A stretch of 31,369 bases of DNA from Candidatus Altimarinota bacterium. GTDB lineage: Bacteria; Patescibacteriota; Gracilibacteria; UBA4473. The notes below the pieces were generated by a model that made no database searches, was not told the origin of the DNA, and saw only the letters and a program-made list of their open reading frames with translations. Positions 8,063-15,996 of this stretch are shown in pieces. The first letter of the stretch is position 1. Each line of letters begins with the position of its first letter. The stretch covers positions 1-31,369 of the forward strand of contig JAGYLK010000048.1 of NCBI GenBank assembly GCA_018401175.1, given 5' to 3'. Both the position numbers and the translations under genes were made by a program.

Positions 8063-8105
8063 TGCTCCCTTTCCTTGATGCAAGGGAAGGGTTGGTGATG
8101 GGTTG
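8063..8105 (-). repeat. REP-like element, inverted partner of 8000-8045
   Basis: Minus: CAACCCATCACCAACCCTTCCCTTGCATCAAGGAAAGGGAGCA, homologous to 4985-5027. Confidence 0.75.
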
Positions 8106-8114
8106 TTTTCCAAA

Positions 8115-8142
8115 TTGATTTTTTTCCTCTTTTCTTTACACT
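8115..8142 (+). promoter_or_regulatory. Promoter of the Cys-rich ORF / lipoprotein operon
   Basis: TTGATT-N16-TACACT, 8 nt before ATG 8151. Confidence 0.55.
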
Positions 8143-8150
8143 TTCTCGTG

Positions 8151-8312
8151 ATGGATACTGTCAAAAAATTCATGTGTGATGACTGTGAGGCGATTTGGGA
8201 GGAACTTCCTTCCGAAAATGTATTTTGTTTGTCATGCGGATCAAAAAACGTGGAAGATTTGGCAGCTACTTGTCGTGAATGTTGTCGCACGTGTGGACAA
8301 TGTAGCGATTAA
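8151..8312 (+). CDS. Small Cys-rich zinc-ribbon-like protein (53 aa)
   Basis: FMCDDC...FCLSCGSKNVEDL (FmdB-like ribbon) plus tail CRECCRTCGQC; promoter directly upstream; 18 nt before the next gene. Confidence 0.6.
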   Translation: MDTVKKFMCDDCEAIWEELPSENVFCLSCGSKNVEDLAATCRECCRTCGQCSD

Positions 8313-8330
8313 AATATACATATAAAAAAC

Positions 8331-9752
8331 ATGAAGAAAATTTTTGCAGTGCTCGGAATAGTGCTCATCGGAGCTACTTTTTCTGGATGTAAAAAGAAAG
8401 AAGAACCGGTACGAATTGTTCCGGCTGGTCAAATAGCGCGCATGCAAATCTGGACATCACGAGAAGGAGAAACAATCGATGCTTTGGCTCGGGAATTTGT
8501 CTCTGCCGTCAAAATCCCGGGACTCCTGGTTGATGTTATTTCGTTTGATTCAGATGAAATACTTCAACGAGAACTCGTGGACACATTGGCAGAAGGAAAA
8601 GGGCCAGATGTAGTACTGACTGATGGAGAGTGGATTGCGTCCAATACAGAAAAACTGATTCCATTAGAACAGGAAGAAGGATTTGGTATATCGGAATATG
8701 GCGCTTCTTTTGTTCGTTTGGCATCAGAATTATTAATTCAAAAGAATAATATATACGGTGTCCCAATTGCAGTAGATACGTTAGCGGTAGCGTATAATGA
8801 AGAACATTTGATAGATCGGTTGTTAAATAGAAATCAGCCAGGGCGAACATGGACAGAGTTTCGTCAGGATGTAGAACTTTTGACAAAACAGGATAATTCT
8901 TTTTCTCGTTTTGCTCGATCAGGAGTAGCTATGGGGAGAACGGATAATGTTCATCATGGAGCGGTTCTTCTTGAAAATATAATGCTTCAGCACGGAACGC
9001 CGTTTTTTTCTGAAGATACAACAGAGGCAAAATTTGCTTCTACGATGGGAGTTACGCCAGAAGGAAAGCGTCAAAACTTTGGGATAGAGGGAGTGAAATT
9101 TTTCACCAGTTTTGCCAACAGTCAGTACAAAAATTTTTCATGGAACCAATATCTTGCCTCTCGAGATGACGTGAATCGCGAATTTACTCCATTTGTAAAT
9201 GGAGATGTGTCGATGGTATTTCTGTATCCTGAAGATGTGCAGACATTACGGACGCTTATTGCTGCTCAGAAAAGTTTGCTTTCAGGAACTATAAGTGAAA
9301 AAAATATGCATGTGGCACTTTTGCCACAGATATTAGATCCGGAGAATTCGACGAGTAGAGTTATTTTGGGTCGGTTATTTGCCGGTGCGGTTCCTCGCAC
9401 GACACCATTTCCAGATCAGGCATGGCGATTTTTGAAATATCTCTCAAAGCGGGATACGCAAGCGGGGTTTCATGAAGCTACAAAATTACCAACAGCACGG
9501 TTAGATTTGATTGTTGAACAGGCAGCAGAACCAGAAATGGGAGTATTTGCTCGACAAGCAAAATTTGCTCGTTCTAATCTTATTCCAACAGACAAAAATG
9601 TATTTCGACGACATTTAGAGGCAGTTGTTCAAGGGGTAAATGAAGGAGAAGATGCTGAAAAATTACTTCGAGCGCTTGAAACAGAAATGACTCATGAGCG
9701 TCAGCAAGAACTAAGAAGAGAAAAAATGATCAAACGTGATATACAACAATGA
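8331..9752 (+). CDS. Extracellular solute-binding lipoprotein (family 1, sugar-binding-like)
   Basis: Lipobox ATFSGC, GKGPDVV, IYGVPIAVDTLAVAYN, RTWTEF, FVNGDVSM, AWRFLKYL. Confidence 0.85.
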   Translation: MKKIFAVLGIVLIGATFSGCKKKEEPVRIVPAGQIARMQIWTSREGETIDALAREFVSAVKIPGLLVDVISFDSDEILQRELVDTLAEGKGPDVVLTDGEWIASNTEKLIPLEQEEGFGISEYGASFVRLASELLIQKNNIYGVPIAVDTLAVAYNEEHLIDRLLNRNQPGRTWTEFRQDVELLTKQDNSFSRFARSGVAMGRTDNVHHGAVLLENIMLQHGTPFFSEDTTEAKFASTMGVTPEGKRQNFGIEGVKFFTSFANSQYKNFSWNQYLASRDDVNREFTPFVNGDVSMVFLYPEDVQTLRTLIAAQKSLLSGTISEKNMHVALLPQILDPENSTSRVILGRLFAGAVPRTTPFPDQAWRFLKYLSKRDTQAGFHEATKLPTARLDLIVEQAAEPEMGVFARQAKFARSNLIPTDKNVFRRHLEAVVQGVNEGEDAEKLLRALETEMTHERQQELRREKMIKRDIQQ

Positions 9753-10924
9753 ATACCCTTTTTCCGCTGAGACAGCAATTAGGAGAATTTTTGGCCATTG
9801 GTGGGGAACTCCTGTTTTGGCTGACGTGGTGGCTTCCAGTTGGATTTTTTCTTGGAGGAGATCCAACGTTATTCGGAATGTTTCATTCAGAGCTTTCGGT
9901 TATTTTTCCTCTTTCCGGAATAGGGATTCTCTTCTGGTGGTTGGGAGAATTATTGCTTTCACCAACGATAAAGCCTCAAAAAATATTGTTTCCTTTGTTC
10001 TGGCTTCTTGCATGGGGGGCAAATGTATTTTTTTCTTTTGATCCCACTGTGTCAGTAATGTTCTTGCTGGTGTGGGCGGTTGGATTGTTGGCACTTGGTA
10101 CAGGAGAAACTTTTTTTGCCACAGGAATACGGCGTATATTTTTTGGAATAGGATTAGCTGCTGGATTTGCGGCGTTGCATTGGATGCCAGTGCTGGATGT
10201 TTCGCCGGTATTATTATCAATTGGCGCTGTTTGGGGATTAATTTTTCTTTCTTGGGAACCCTCGTTTCGTGGAAAATTTTTCTGGCAGATTTTCTTTTTG
10301 GCGGGAGTATTTTTGACTCATAATTTGGCGGTTGAGTTAGCCGCGTTATTGGTTCTCGTTTTTGGTCGACGATGGTTTGGTGTTACTTCAGGAAAAAAAT
10401 CTCCCTTTTGGGGCGCTCTTATGATATGGGGAATTATTTTTGGGTGGAAAATAGCAGAAAACGGACCATTTCTGTTTCGTATACAGCCCTATTGGACAGA
10501 AATATTTCATAATTGGACACAATTGCTTTTGGGGGTTGGGGAAGGACAATTTTTGGTGGGATTGCAAACGTTTTCTCCAACGCTTCTTGATGCCTTCCAA
10601 TTACATATTCCTCAAAGCGGAATAATGCTTACATTTTTTGAGCATGGTATTGTGGGGGTGCTGCTCCTGGGGGCACTGCTGCTTTTTTATAACGCAAAAC
10701 GTCCTTCATTTTTATCGTGGTGGCTTATATTTTTTTGGATGTTTTCGCCCGTTTTTGTAGCACGGGAAGAGGGGATTCTCTTTTTACTCGTGTTGCTCTC
10801 TCTTCAAGTTCCACGAGAACGAATTCAAAACATAAAACCGCGTAGAATACGGATTCAGCGAAAAAGAGTCGGTCGTCCTCGGACAACGTCGACAGCTGAT
10901 GTTGGAGATTTCCCCGCAACTTGA
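9749..10924 (+). CDS. Polytopic membrane protein, possibly O-antigen ligase/Wzy_C-like
   Basis: About 10 hydrophobic segments; LLGVGEGQF...HIPQSGIMLTFFEHGIVG resembles the GxGxGxF...HNxxLxxxxExGxxG loop; ATGA-coupled to the lipoprotein gene. Confidence 0.5.
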   Translation: MNTLFPLRQQLGEFLAIGGELLFWLTWWLPVGFFLGGDPTLFGMFHSELSVIFPLSGIGILFWWLGELLLSPTIKPQKILFPLFWLLAWGANVFFSFDPTVSVMFLLVWAVGLLALGTGETFFATGIRRIFFGIGLAAGFAALHWMPVLDVSPVLLSIGAVWGLIFLSWEPSFRGKFFWQIFFLAGVFLTHNLAVELAALLVLVFGRRWFGVTSGKKSPFWGALMIWGIIFGWKIAENGPFLFRIQPYWTEIFHNWTQLLLGVGEGQFLVGLQTFSPTLLDAFQLHIPQSGIMLTFFEHGIVGVLLLGALLLFYNAKRPSFLSWWLIFFWMFSPVFVAREEGILFLLVLLSLQVPRERIQNIKPRRIRIQRKRVGRPRTTSTADVGDFPAT

Positions 10925-11724
10925 ATGATTTGAAGCCAAAGAGAGTCTTTTTTACAGGGAAGTTCGAGTGAGTTTTCTTTTGGGGCAAGAGAACATTCTA
11001 GTATCTTTACAGAACCATCTTTGGTTGTTATAAAAATCCCGGGCCAGACATCAAATGCGCGAAACTTTCTCATGATTTCTTCAGCGGTTTCTTGCGCCGG
11101 GAAAACTTCACCATCAGCTTTTTCGAATTTTCCACAATGCGTAGCAAGGGATTCATCTTGTGGGAAAGGCGTCAATGTTTCAAAATTGAGAACCAATTCC
11201 GAAATGGCGCTTGCGGATGTTTCCGCCCATTTTTTCCAGAGTTCTTGCGTTCCTCTTTTTCCAATTTTTTCCTTGTGTTGCCAGAGGATATCTCCAGCAT
11301 CGAGTTGGGGAACCATTTTTTGAAGTGTGATTCCTGAAACGAGATCCCCATTCAGAATCGCGGATTGGACAGGGGATGCGCCGCGCCATTGTGGTAAAAG
11401 AGAAAAGTGAATATTTACCGTTGGAGCAATATCAAGAGCTTCTTTTGGGAAAATAACACCCAGAGCTATTACGACGACTAAATCAGGTTTTATTTTTTGA
11501 TATACGGAAAGGACATCATTTTTCTTTTGTACTTCAAAAATTTTTAAATTTTGTTTCACGGCTTCTCTCTTTACAGCACAAGGAGTGAGCGTTTGTTTGC
11601 GTCCTACTTTTTTGTCGGGAGGACACATGACTCCAAGAATTTCTATATCAGCGATTGCCGCAAGAGCTTGTAAACTGGGAACCGCAATTGCGGGAGTTCC
11701 GGCGAAGAGAATTTTTCGTGCCAT
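10855..11724 (-). CDS. fmt: Methionyl-tRNA formyltransferase
   Basis: ILFAGTPAIA, PPDKKVGRKQ, VNIHFSLLPQWRGASPVQSAILNGD, SGITLQKMVPQLDAGDI, RAFDVWPG. Confidence 0.95.
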   Translation of the reverse strand: MARKILFAGTPAIAVPSLQALAAIADIEILGVMCPPDKKVGRKQTLTPCAVKREAVKQNLKIFEVQKKNDVLSVYQKIKPDLVVVIALGVIFPKEALDIAPTVNIHFSLLPQWRGASPVQSAILNGDLVSGITLQKMVPQLDAGDILWQHKEKIGKRGTQELWKKWAETSASAISELVLNFETLTPFPQDESLATHCGKFEKADGEVFPAQETAEEIMRKFRAFDVWPGIFITTKDGSVKILECSLAPKENSLELPCKKDSLWLQIIQVAGKSPTSAVDVVRGRPTLFR

Positions 11725-11753
11725 TTTGGTTTAAGTATGGCAAACTGCCATCG

Positions 11754-12368
11754 ATGCAAATCGTGCCAGAAATTCTCAAAAAAGTCGAACTTGCCGGAGC
11801 CAGATTATTGGCGGTGACAAAATATTTCTCTCCAGAAGAGACCCGAGCACTCTTTCCGATATTGAATTATGAGCCAGTAGTTTTGGCTCTTGGCGAAAAT
11901 AGGATTGCGCAGATCCAAGAAAAAAATATTCCGCGAGAAAAACTCCACTTTATCGGAAATATTCAATCACGTGATATTTCTGAAATTGCCAAGCGTTGTT
12001 CGGTGGTGCATTCACTGTGTTCGGTCAAACATGCAGAACTTTTTTCTCAGCAAACAGATGTTCCGGCTGTTTTTATTCAAATAAATATTTCTCGAGAAAA
12101 ACAAAAATCAGGGATTGATCCAGATCACTTGGAGACATTTTTACAGAAGATACAAGAATTTCACTTAGAGATACAGGGTATTTCAGCAATCGGAGCAGGG
12201 GAGTTTCGTCCAGATCAAAAGCGGAAAGAATTTCGTGAATTGGTTTCTTTGCGCAATACGTATCTTCCTGGAAAAAGTATTTCGGCAGGAACCTCTCGTG
12301 ATTTTGAAATAGCATTAGAAGAAGGCATTGAAATTGTACGAGTAGGACAAGCGTTGTTTAGTTTATAG
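11754..12368 (+). CDS. yggS: YggS-family PLP homeostasis protein
   Basis: LAVTKY (PLP Lys), GENR, HFIGNIQS, IQINISREKQKSG, SAGTSRDFEIALEEG..VRVGQALF; start ATG 11754 avoids overlap with fmt. Confidence 0.9.
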   Translation: MQIVPEILKKVELAGARLLAVTKYFSPEETRALFPILNYEPVVLALGENRIAQIQEKNIPREKLHFIGNIQSRDISEIAKRCSVVHSLCSVKHAELFSQQTDVPAVFIQINISREKQKSGIDPDHLETFLQKIQEFHLEIQGISAIGAGEFRPDQKRKEFRELVSLRNTYLPGKSISAGTSRDFEIALEEGIEIVRVGQALFSL

Positions 12369-12450
12369 TTCATAGTTTATTTTGTGGTGTCTTTTGCTTT
12401 TTGACGATTCCATTTTTACGCTTCTCGACTTTTATTAAACGGGTTTTCTG

Positions 12451-12479
12451 CTTGAAACTTTTTTGAAAATCTGTACAAA
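12451..12479 (+). promoter_or_regulatory. nadK promoter
   Basis: TTGAAA-N17 (ending TG)-TACAAA, 7 nt before ATG 12487. Confidence 0.55.
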
Positions 12480-12486
12480 GACCATG

Positions 12487-13395
12487 ATGGAAAAATCTTC
12501 TCCCAAAACTTCATTTCGTCGGGTAGCAATTTATACGCATAATAAACCAGCGAAGGAAAAGGAGGAGCGGCAGTTTATAAAAGAAAAAATGATTCCTTTT
12601 CTCCAAAGAAATGGAGTCACAGAAATTCATGGAGATATCCGAACGGTTTCTTTGTTGGAAAGCGCAGTTGATTTGATTGACGATGAACAGTCATATGATT
12701 TGAAAATTGGAATCGGGGGAGATGGGACATTATTAAAAATGATGCGTACATTGCAAAAAAACGATGGATTGTTGTTGGGAATTAATTTTGGAACACTCGG
12801 ATTTCTTTCAGAATTGCACCCTTCTCAATGGGAAGAGACATTGACACAGATTTTTCGTGGAAAGTATTTTATAGATGAGCGGATGCTCCTGAAGGCTTTT
12901 GTATGGCGTCAAAATGCGCATGGAGAAAAGGAAAAGATATTTCGGGCGTACGCATTGAATGATTTAGTATTTGGTCACGGAGGATTAGCACGATTAACGA
13001 ATTTTCGTGTTCGAGTAGGACGTCGTAATCTTTCTACATATCGTGCAGATGGATTGATTTTTGCTACTCCGACTGGAACGACAGCATATTCTTTATCTGC
13101 AGGAGGTCCGATTGTTCATCCAGGAGTGAATGCGGTAACGGTTACTCCGGTTGCCCCACATCGATTAACGCATCGTCCTATTGTATTAGGGGCAGATCGG
13201 GCCATAAATCTTGATTTTGATGCGCGAGCAGAATCGGTTTCCTTGACGGTTGATGGACAGATTCATTTTTCTATGAGACCGACTGATGAGGTGACGATTC
13301 AGCGCGCAACCCGTACTGCGAAGTTTATTCGTTTGAAACAATCTCACTTTTTTCGTACGTTACGGAACAAGATGGGGTGGGGAGAGAAGAAATAA
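12487..13395 (+). CDS. nadK: NAD+ kinase
   Basis: GGDGTLL, GINFGTLGFL, ALNDLV, DGLIFATPTGTTAYSLSAGGPI, DGQ; start ATG 12484 or 12487. Confidence 0.96.
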   Translation: MEKSSPKTSFRRVAIYTHNKPAKEKEERQFIKEKMIPFLQRNGVTEIHGDIRTVSLLESAVDLIDDEQSYDLKIGIGGDGTLLKMMRTLQKNDGLLLGINFGTLGFLSELHPSQWEETLTQIFRGKYFIDERMLLKAFVWRQNAHGEKEKIFRAYALNDLVFGHGGLARLTNFRVRVGRRNLSTYRADGLIFATPTGTTAYSLSAGGPIVHPGVNAVTVTPVAPHRLTHRPIVLGADRAINLDFDARAESVSLTVDGQIHFSMRPTDEVTIQRATRTAKFIRLKQSHFFRTLRNKMGWGEKK

Positions 13396-13416
13396 TTTTT
13401 TAAAAGGAGAAGTATC

Positions 13417-13445
13417 TTGAAAAAAGGAGAAGTATTTGGTATACT
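13417..13445 (+). promoter_or_regulatory. Near-consensus sigma70 promoter of the IF-1-like ORF, with direct repeats flanking the -35 box
   Basis: TTGAAA-N17-TATACT with extended -10 TG; AAAAGGAGAAGTAT at 13402-13415 and 13422-13435. Confidence 0.7.
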
Positions 13446-13473
13446 TTTTCTTGGTTTTTTAAAAAATAGACTC

Positions 13474-13695
13474 ATGTCGTTGGAGATAATGGATGCCATA
13501 GTGATTAAAAAGAGACAGCAAAAACTCACTGTACAAGCAGAGAATGGAAATCAAAAGACGGAGTTTTTTAGTAATACAGTAGGAGCAAAAAAAATAGAAC
13601 ATATTCACGTTGGGGATTCCGTGAAAGTTTTGGTGAATCCATTATTTCACACACAAGGATCTATAAAGGCAGCTATAGAAAAAATACTTTTGTAA
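13474..13695 (+). CDS. Small OB-fold protein resembling a divergent translation initiation factor IF-1 (73 aa)
   Basis: VQAENG...IHVGDSVKVLVNPLFHTQGSI aligns by eye with IF-1 VELENG...[21 protein letters not shown]; has its own promoter and terminator. Confidence 0.5.
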   Translation: MSLEIMDAIVIKKRQQKLTVQAENGNQKTEFFSNTVGAKKIEHIHVGDSVKVLVNPLFHTQGSIKAAIEKILL

Positions 13696-13715
13696 AAAAG
13701 TTGTATCTCATTTCA

Positions 13716-13751
13716 AAAAGAAGGTGAGAAGTCGATTTCTCACCTTCTTTT
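13716..13751. terminator. Bidirectional terminator between the IF-1-like gene and hppA
   Basis: 15-bp stem AAAAGAAGGTGAGAA/TTCTCACCTTCTTTT between convergent genes. Confidence 0.85.
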
Positions 13752-13768
13752 CTAATAATAGACTGAAA

Positions 13769-15799
13769 TTATCCCAACAATCCGTTTGCCGTAAAGAGTC
13801 CAGCAAAAATTAATGAAACAACGGTCATTAGTTTAATTAAGATATTGATAGATGGTCCCGAGGTGTCTTTAAAAGGATCACCAACGGTATCACCTGTAAC
13901 GGCTGCTTTGTGTGCATCAGACCCTTTTCCTCCGTGCGCACCAGCCTCAATGTATTTCTTAGCGTTATCCCAAGCACCTCCTGAGTTCGCCATTGAGATA
14001 GCGAGCATTACTCCACTTACAAGTGCTCCTGCGAGCAATCCGCCAAGAGCGGTTGATCCAAGAAGAAGTCCCACAGCAACAGGAACAATCACCGCCATAA
14101 GTCCTGGTGCAATCATTTCTCGAATAGCAGCGGTAGTAGAGATGTCTACACAACGTGCGTGATCTGCTTTTGCAGTTCCTTCCATCAATCCTTTGATTTC
14201 TCGGAATTGACGACGTACTTCTTCAATCATGTCAAACGCAGCACGTCCGACAGCTGACATGGTCATAGCTGAGAAAACGAAGGGCAACAATCCTCCGAGA
14301 AGAAGACCGATAATTACATTTGGTGTCATGATATCGATTGCTTGCAAATTCGCCGCCTGTGAGTAGGCAGAGAACAAAGCAAGTGCGGTGAGTGCAGCAG
14401 ATCCGATGGCGAACCCCTTTCCAATCGCGGCAGTCGTATTTCCAGCAGAATCAAGTGCATCTGTCTTTTTTCGTACATCTGCTCCTAGTTCAGCCATTTC
14501 TGCGATTCCTCCGGCGTTATCGGCAACTGGTCCGTATGCGTCAACAGCAAGAGAGATTCCGAGAGTCGAAAGCATTCCTACAGCGGCGATAGCGATTCCG
14601 TAGAGTCCCGCAAAGTGGAACGCAATGAAGATAGCAACACAGATTAAAATAACAGGTGTAGCTACGGATCGATATCCGAGAGCGAGTCCTTCGATAATTG
14701 TCGTAGCGGCTCCTGTCGCGGTAGCGTCAGCTACTTTCTGTACTGGTGAGTGATTTTCAGAAGTGTAGTATTCTGTGATTTTTCCAATTGCAACTCCTAC
14801 AACAAGTCCACCAGCCATAGCGATGAATACGCCGAGACCGTTGTCTCCCAGGAAGTAATTTGCCAAAAAATATCCAGCAATAACGACGAGTGCAGAAGCG
14901 ATCCAGAGTCCTCCGTGAAGAGCTGCTCCGATGTTTTCTTTTTTTCCAACACGAACGAAGAATGTTCCGATAATAGAACAAATAATTCCAACTCCAGCTA
15001 AGGCAAGCGGGAAGAAGATTCCATTCATTCCAAATACGACAAATCCGAGAACCATCGCAGAGATGATTGATCCGACGTATGACTCAAAAAGATCTGCTCC
15101 CATTCCTGCCACGTCACCAACATTATCACCAACATTGTCGGCGATTGTTGCTGGGTTTCGAGGATCATCCTCTGGAATTCCTGCCTCAACTTTTCCAACT
15201 AAGTCAGCTCCAACGTCTGCCGCCTTGGTGTAGATTCCTCCACCAACACGAGCAAACAAAGCGATTGAAGATGCCCCAAGAGCAAATCCAGTAATAACAT
15301 TCAATATCACCTCTGTTTCAATTCCGAGCTGAGTGAAGAGTGCCATGAGAATGGTGAGTCCCAACAAACCAAGACCAACAACAGATAATCCCATAACGGC
15401 TCCCGATCGGAACGCTACCGTAAGAGCTGATCCCAAACTTGTACGAGCCGCTTCAGCAGTGCGTACGTTTGCCTTGGTCGCAATTTTCATACCAAAGAAT
15501 CCAGCAAGTACACTTGAGACAGCTCCATAGACAAAAGATACAGCCGTCCAAAGTCCTTCATTTACAGGGGTAAGTGAGTTATCTAAGAAGAAATACAAAA
15601 TAACCGCGAGTATTACAACAAAGATAGAAAGTACTTTGTACTCACGAGTGAGAAATGCCATTGCTCCTTCAGAAATAGCTTTTGCAATTTCTTGCATTTT
15701 TGCATTCCCAGCAGATTTTTTTCCGATGAGTACGGAAAAGATTGCGGCGACCAGAAGGGAAGCAAGACTGGTCAGTCCAATGATAAGGAAATAGTTCAT
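13769..15799 (-). CDS. hppA: Membrane-bound pyrophosphatase, K+-dependent type, Na+-PPase-like signature
   Basis: [67 protein letters not shown]; start ATG 15799 (MNYFLIIG). Confidence 0.97.
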   Translation of the reverse strand: MNYFLIIGLTSLASLLVAAIFSVLIGKKSAGNAKMQEIAKAISEGAMAFLTREYKVLSIFVVILAVILYFFLDNSLTPVNEGLWTAVSFVYGAVSSVLAGFFGMKIATKANVRTAEAARTSLGSALTVAFRSGAVMGLSVVGLGLLGLTILMALFTQLGIETEVILNVITGFALGASSIALFARVGGGIYTKAADVGADLVGKVEAGIPEDDPRNPATIADNVGDNVGDVAGMGADLFESYVGSIISAMVLGFVVFGMNGIFFPLALAGVGIICSIIGTFFVRVGKKENIGAALHGGLWIASALVVIAGYFLANYFLGDNGLGVFIAMAGGLVVGVAIGKITEYYTSENHSPVQKVADATATGAATTIIEGLALGYRSVATPVILICVAIFIAFHFAGLYGIAIAAVGMLSTLGISLAVDAYGPVADNAGGIAEMAELGADVRKKTDALDSAGNTTAAIGKGFAIGSAALTALALFSAYSQAANLQAIDIMTPNVIIGLLLGGLLPFVFSAMTMSAVGRAAFDMIEEVRRQFREIKGLMEGTAKADHARCVDISTTAAIREMIAPGLMAVIVPVAVGLLLGSTALGGLLAGALVSGVMLAISMANSGGAWDNAKKYIEAGAHGGKGSDAHKAAVTGDTVGDPFKDTSGPSINILIKLMTVVSLIFAGLFTANGLLG

Positions 15800-15941
15800 G
15801 TGAGAAAAAGGGTTAAATTTTCGTTGCGAATTGTAGGGGAAATCAATGAGAACGCAAATTTTGTTGGAAGTTTGTAATTGCAGCAAAAACGAATTATTTG
15901 TCTCCTATAAAAAACAACGGATACATGAAATTATCACAAAC

Positions 15942-15971
15942 AAAAAATGACGGAATTGTTTCCGTCATTTT
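15942..15971 (-). terminator. Terminator downstream of pgk
   Basis: AAAATGACGGAA/TTCCGTCATTTT stem, T run on the minus strand, 12 nt after the pgk stop. Confidence 0.8.
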
Positions 15972-15996
15972 AACTATAAACTATTAACTGGTAACG
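15972..15996. repeat. 7-bp-period AACT micro-array overlapping the pgk 3' end
   Basis: AAC(T) at 15972, 15979, 15986, 15993; AACTATTAACT and AACTGGTAAC also occur at 2760-2791. Confidence 0.5.

Noticed and set aside
10855-10924. 70-bp convergent overlap between the membrane-protein gene and fmt (also 33 bp at hrcA and 7 bp at folC/rnhA)
   Set aside because: Short tail-to-tail overlaps are common in compact genomes; no sign of dual coding constraint.
11655-11753. Upstream in-frame extension of yggS (likewise hrcA to 4902, hppA to 15886, pgk to 17252, wHTH to 26958, relB to 19928)
   Set aside because: Extensions start at TTG/GTG codons, run through promoter DNA or neighbouring genes, and lie before the recognisable family N-terminus.
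13845-15877. Many antisense ORFs over hppA, and likewise over virB4, priA, fmt, pgk, proS and carB
   Set aside because: Shadow ORFs caused by host-gene codon bias; no recognisable motifs or independent signals.
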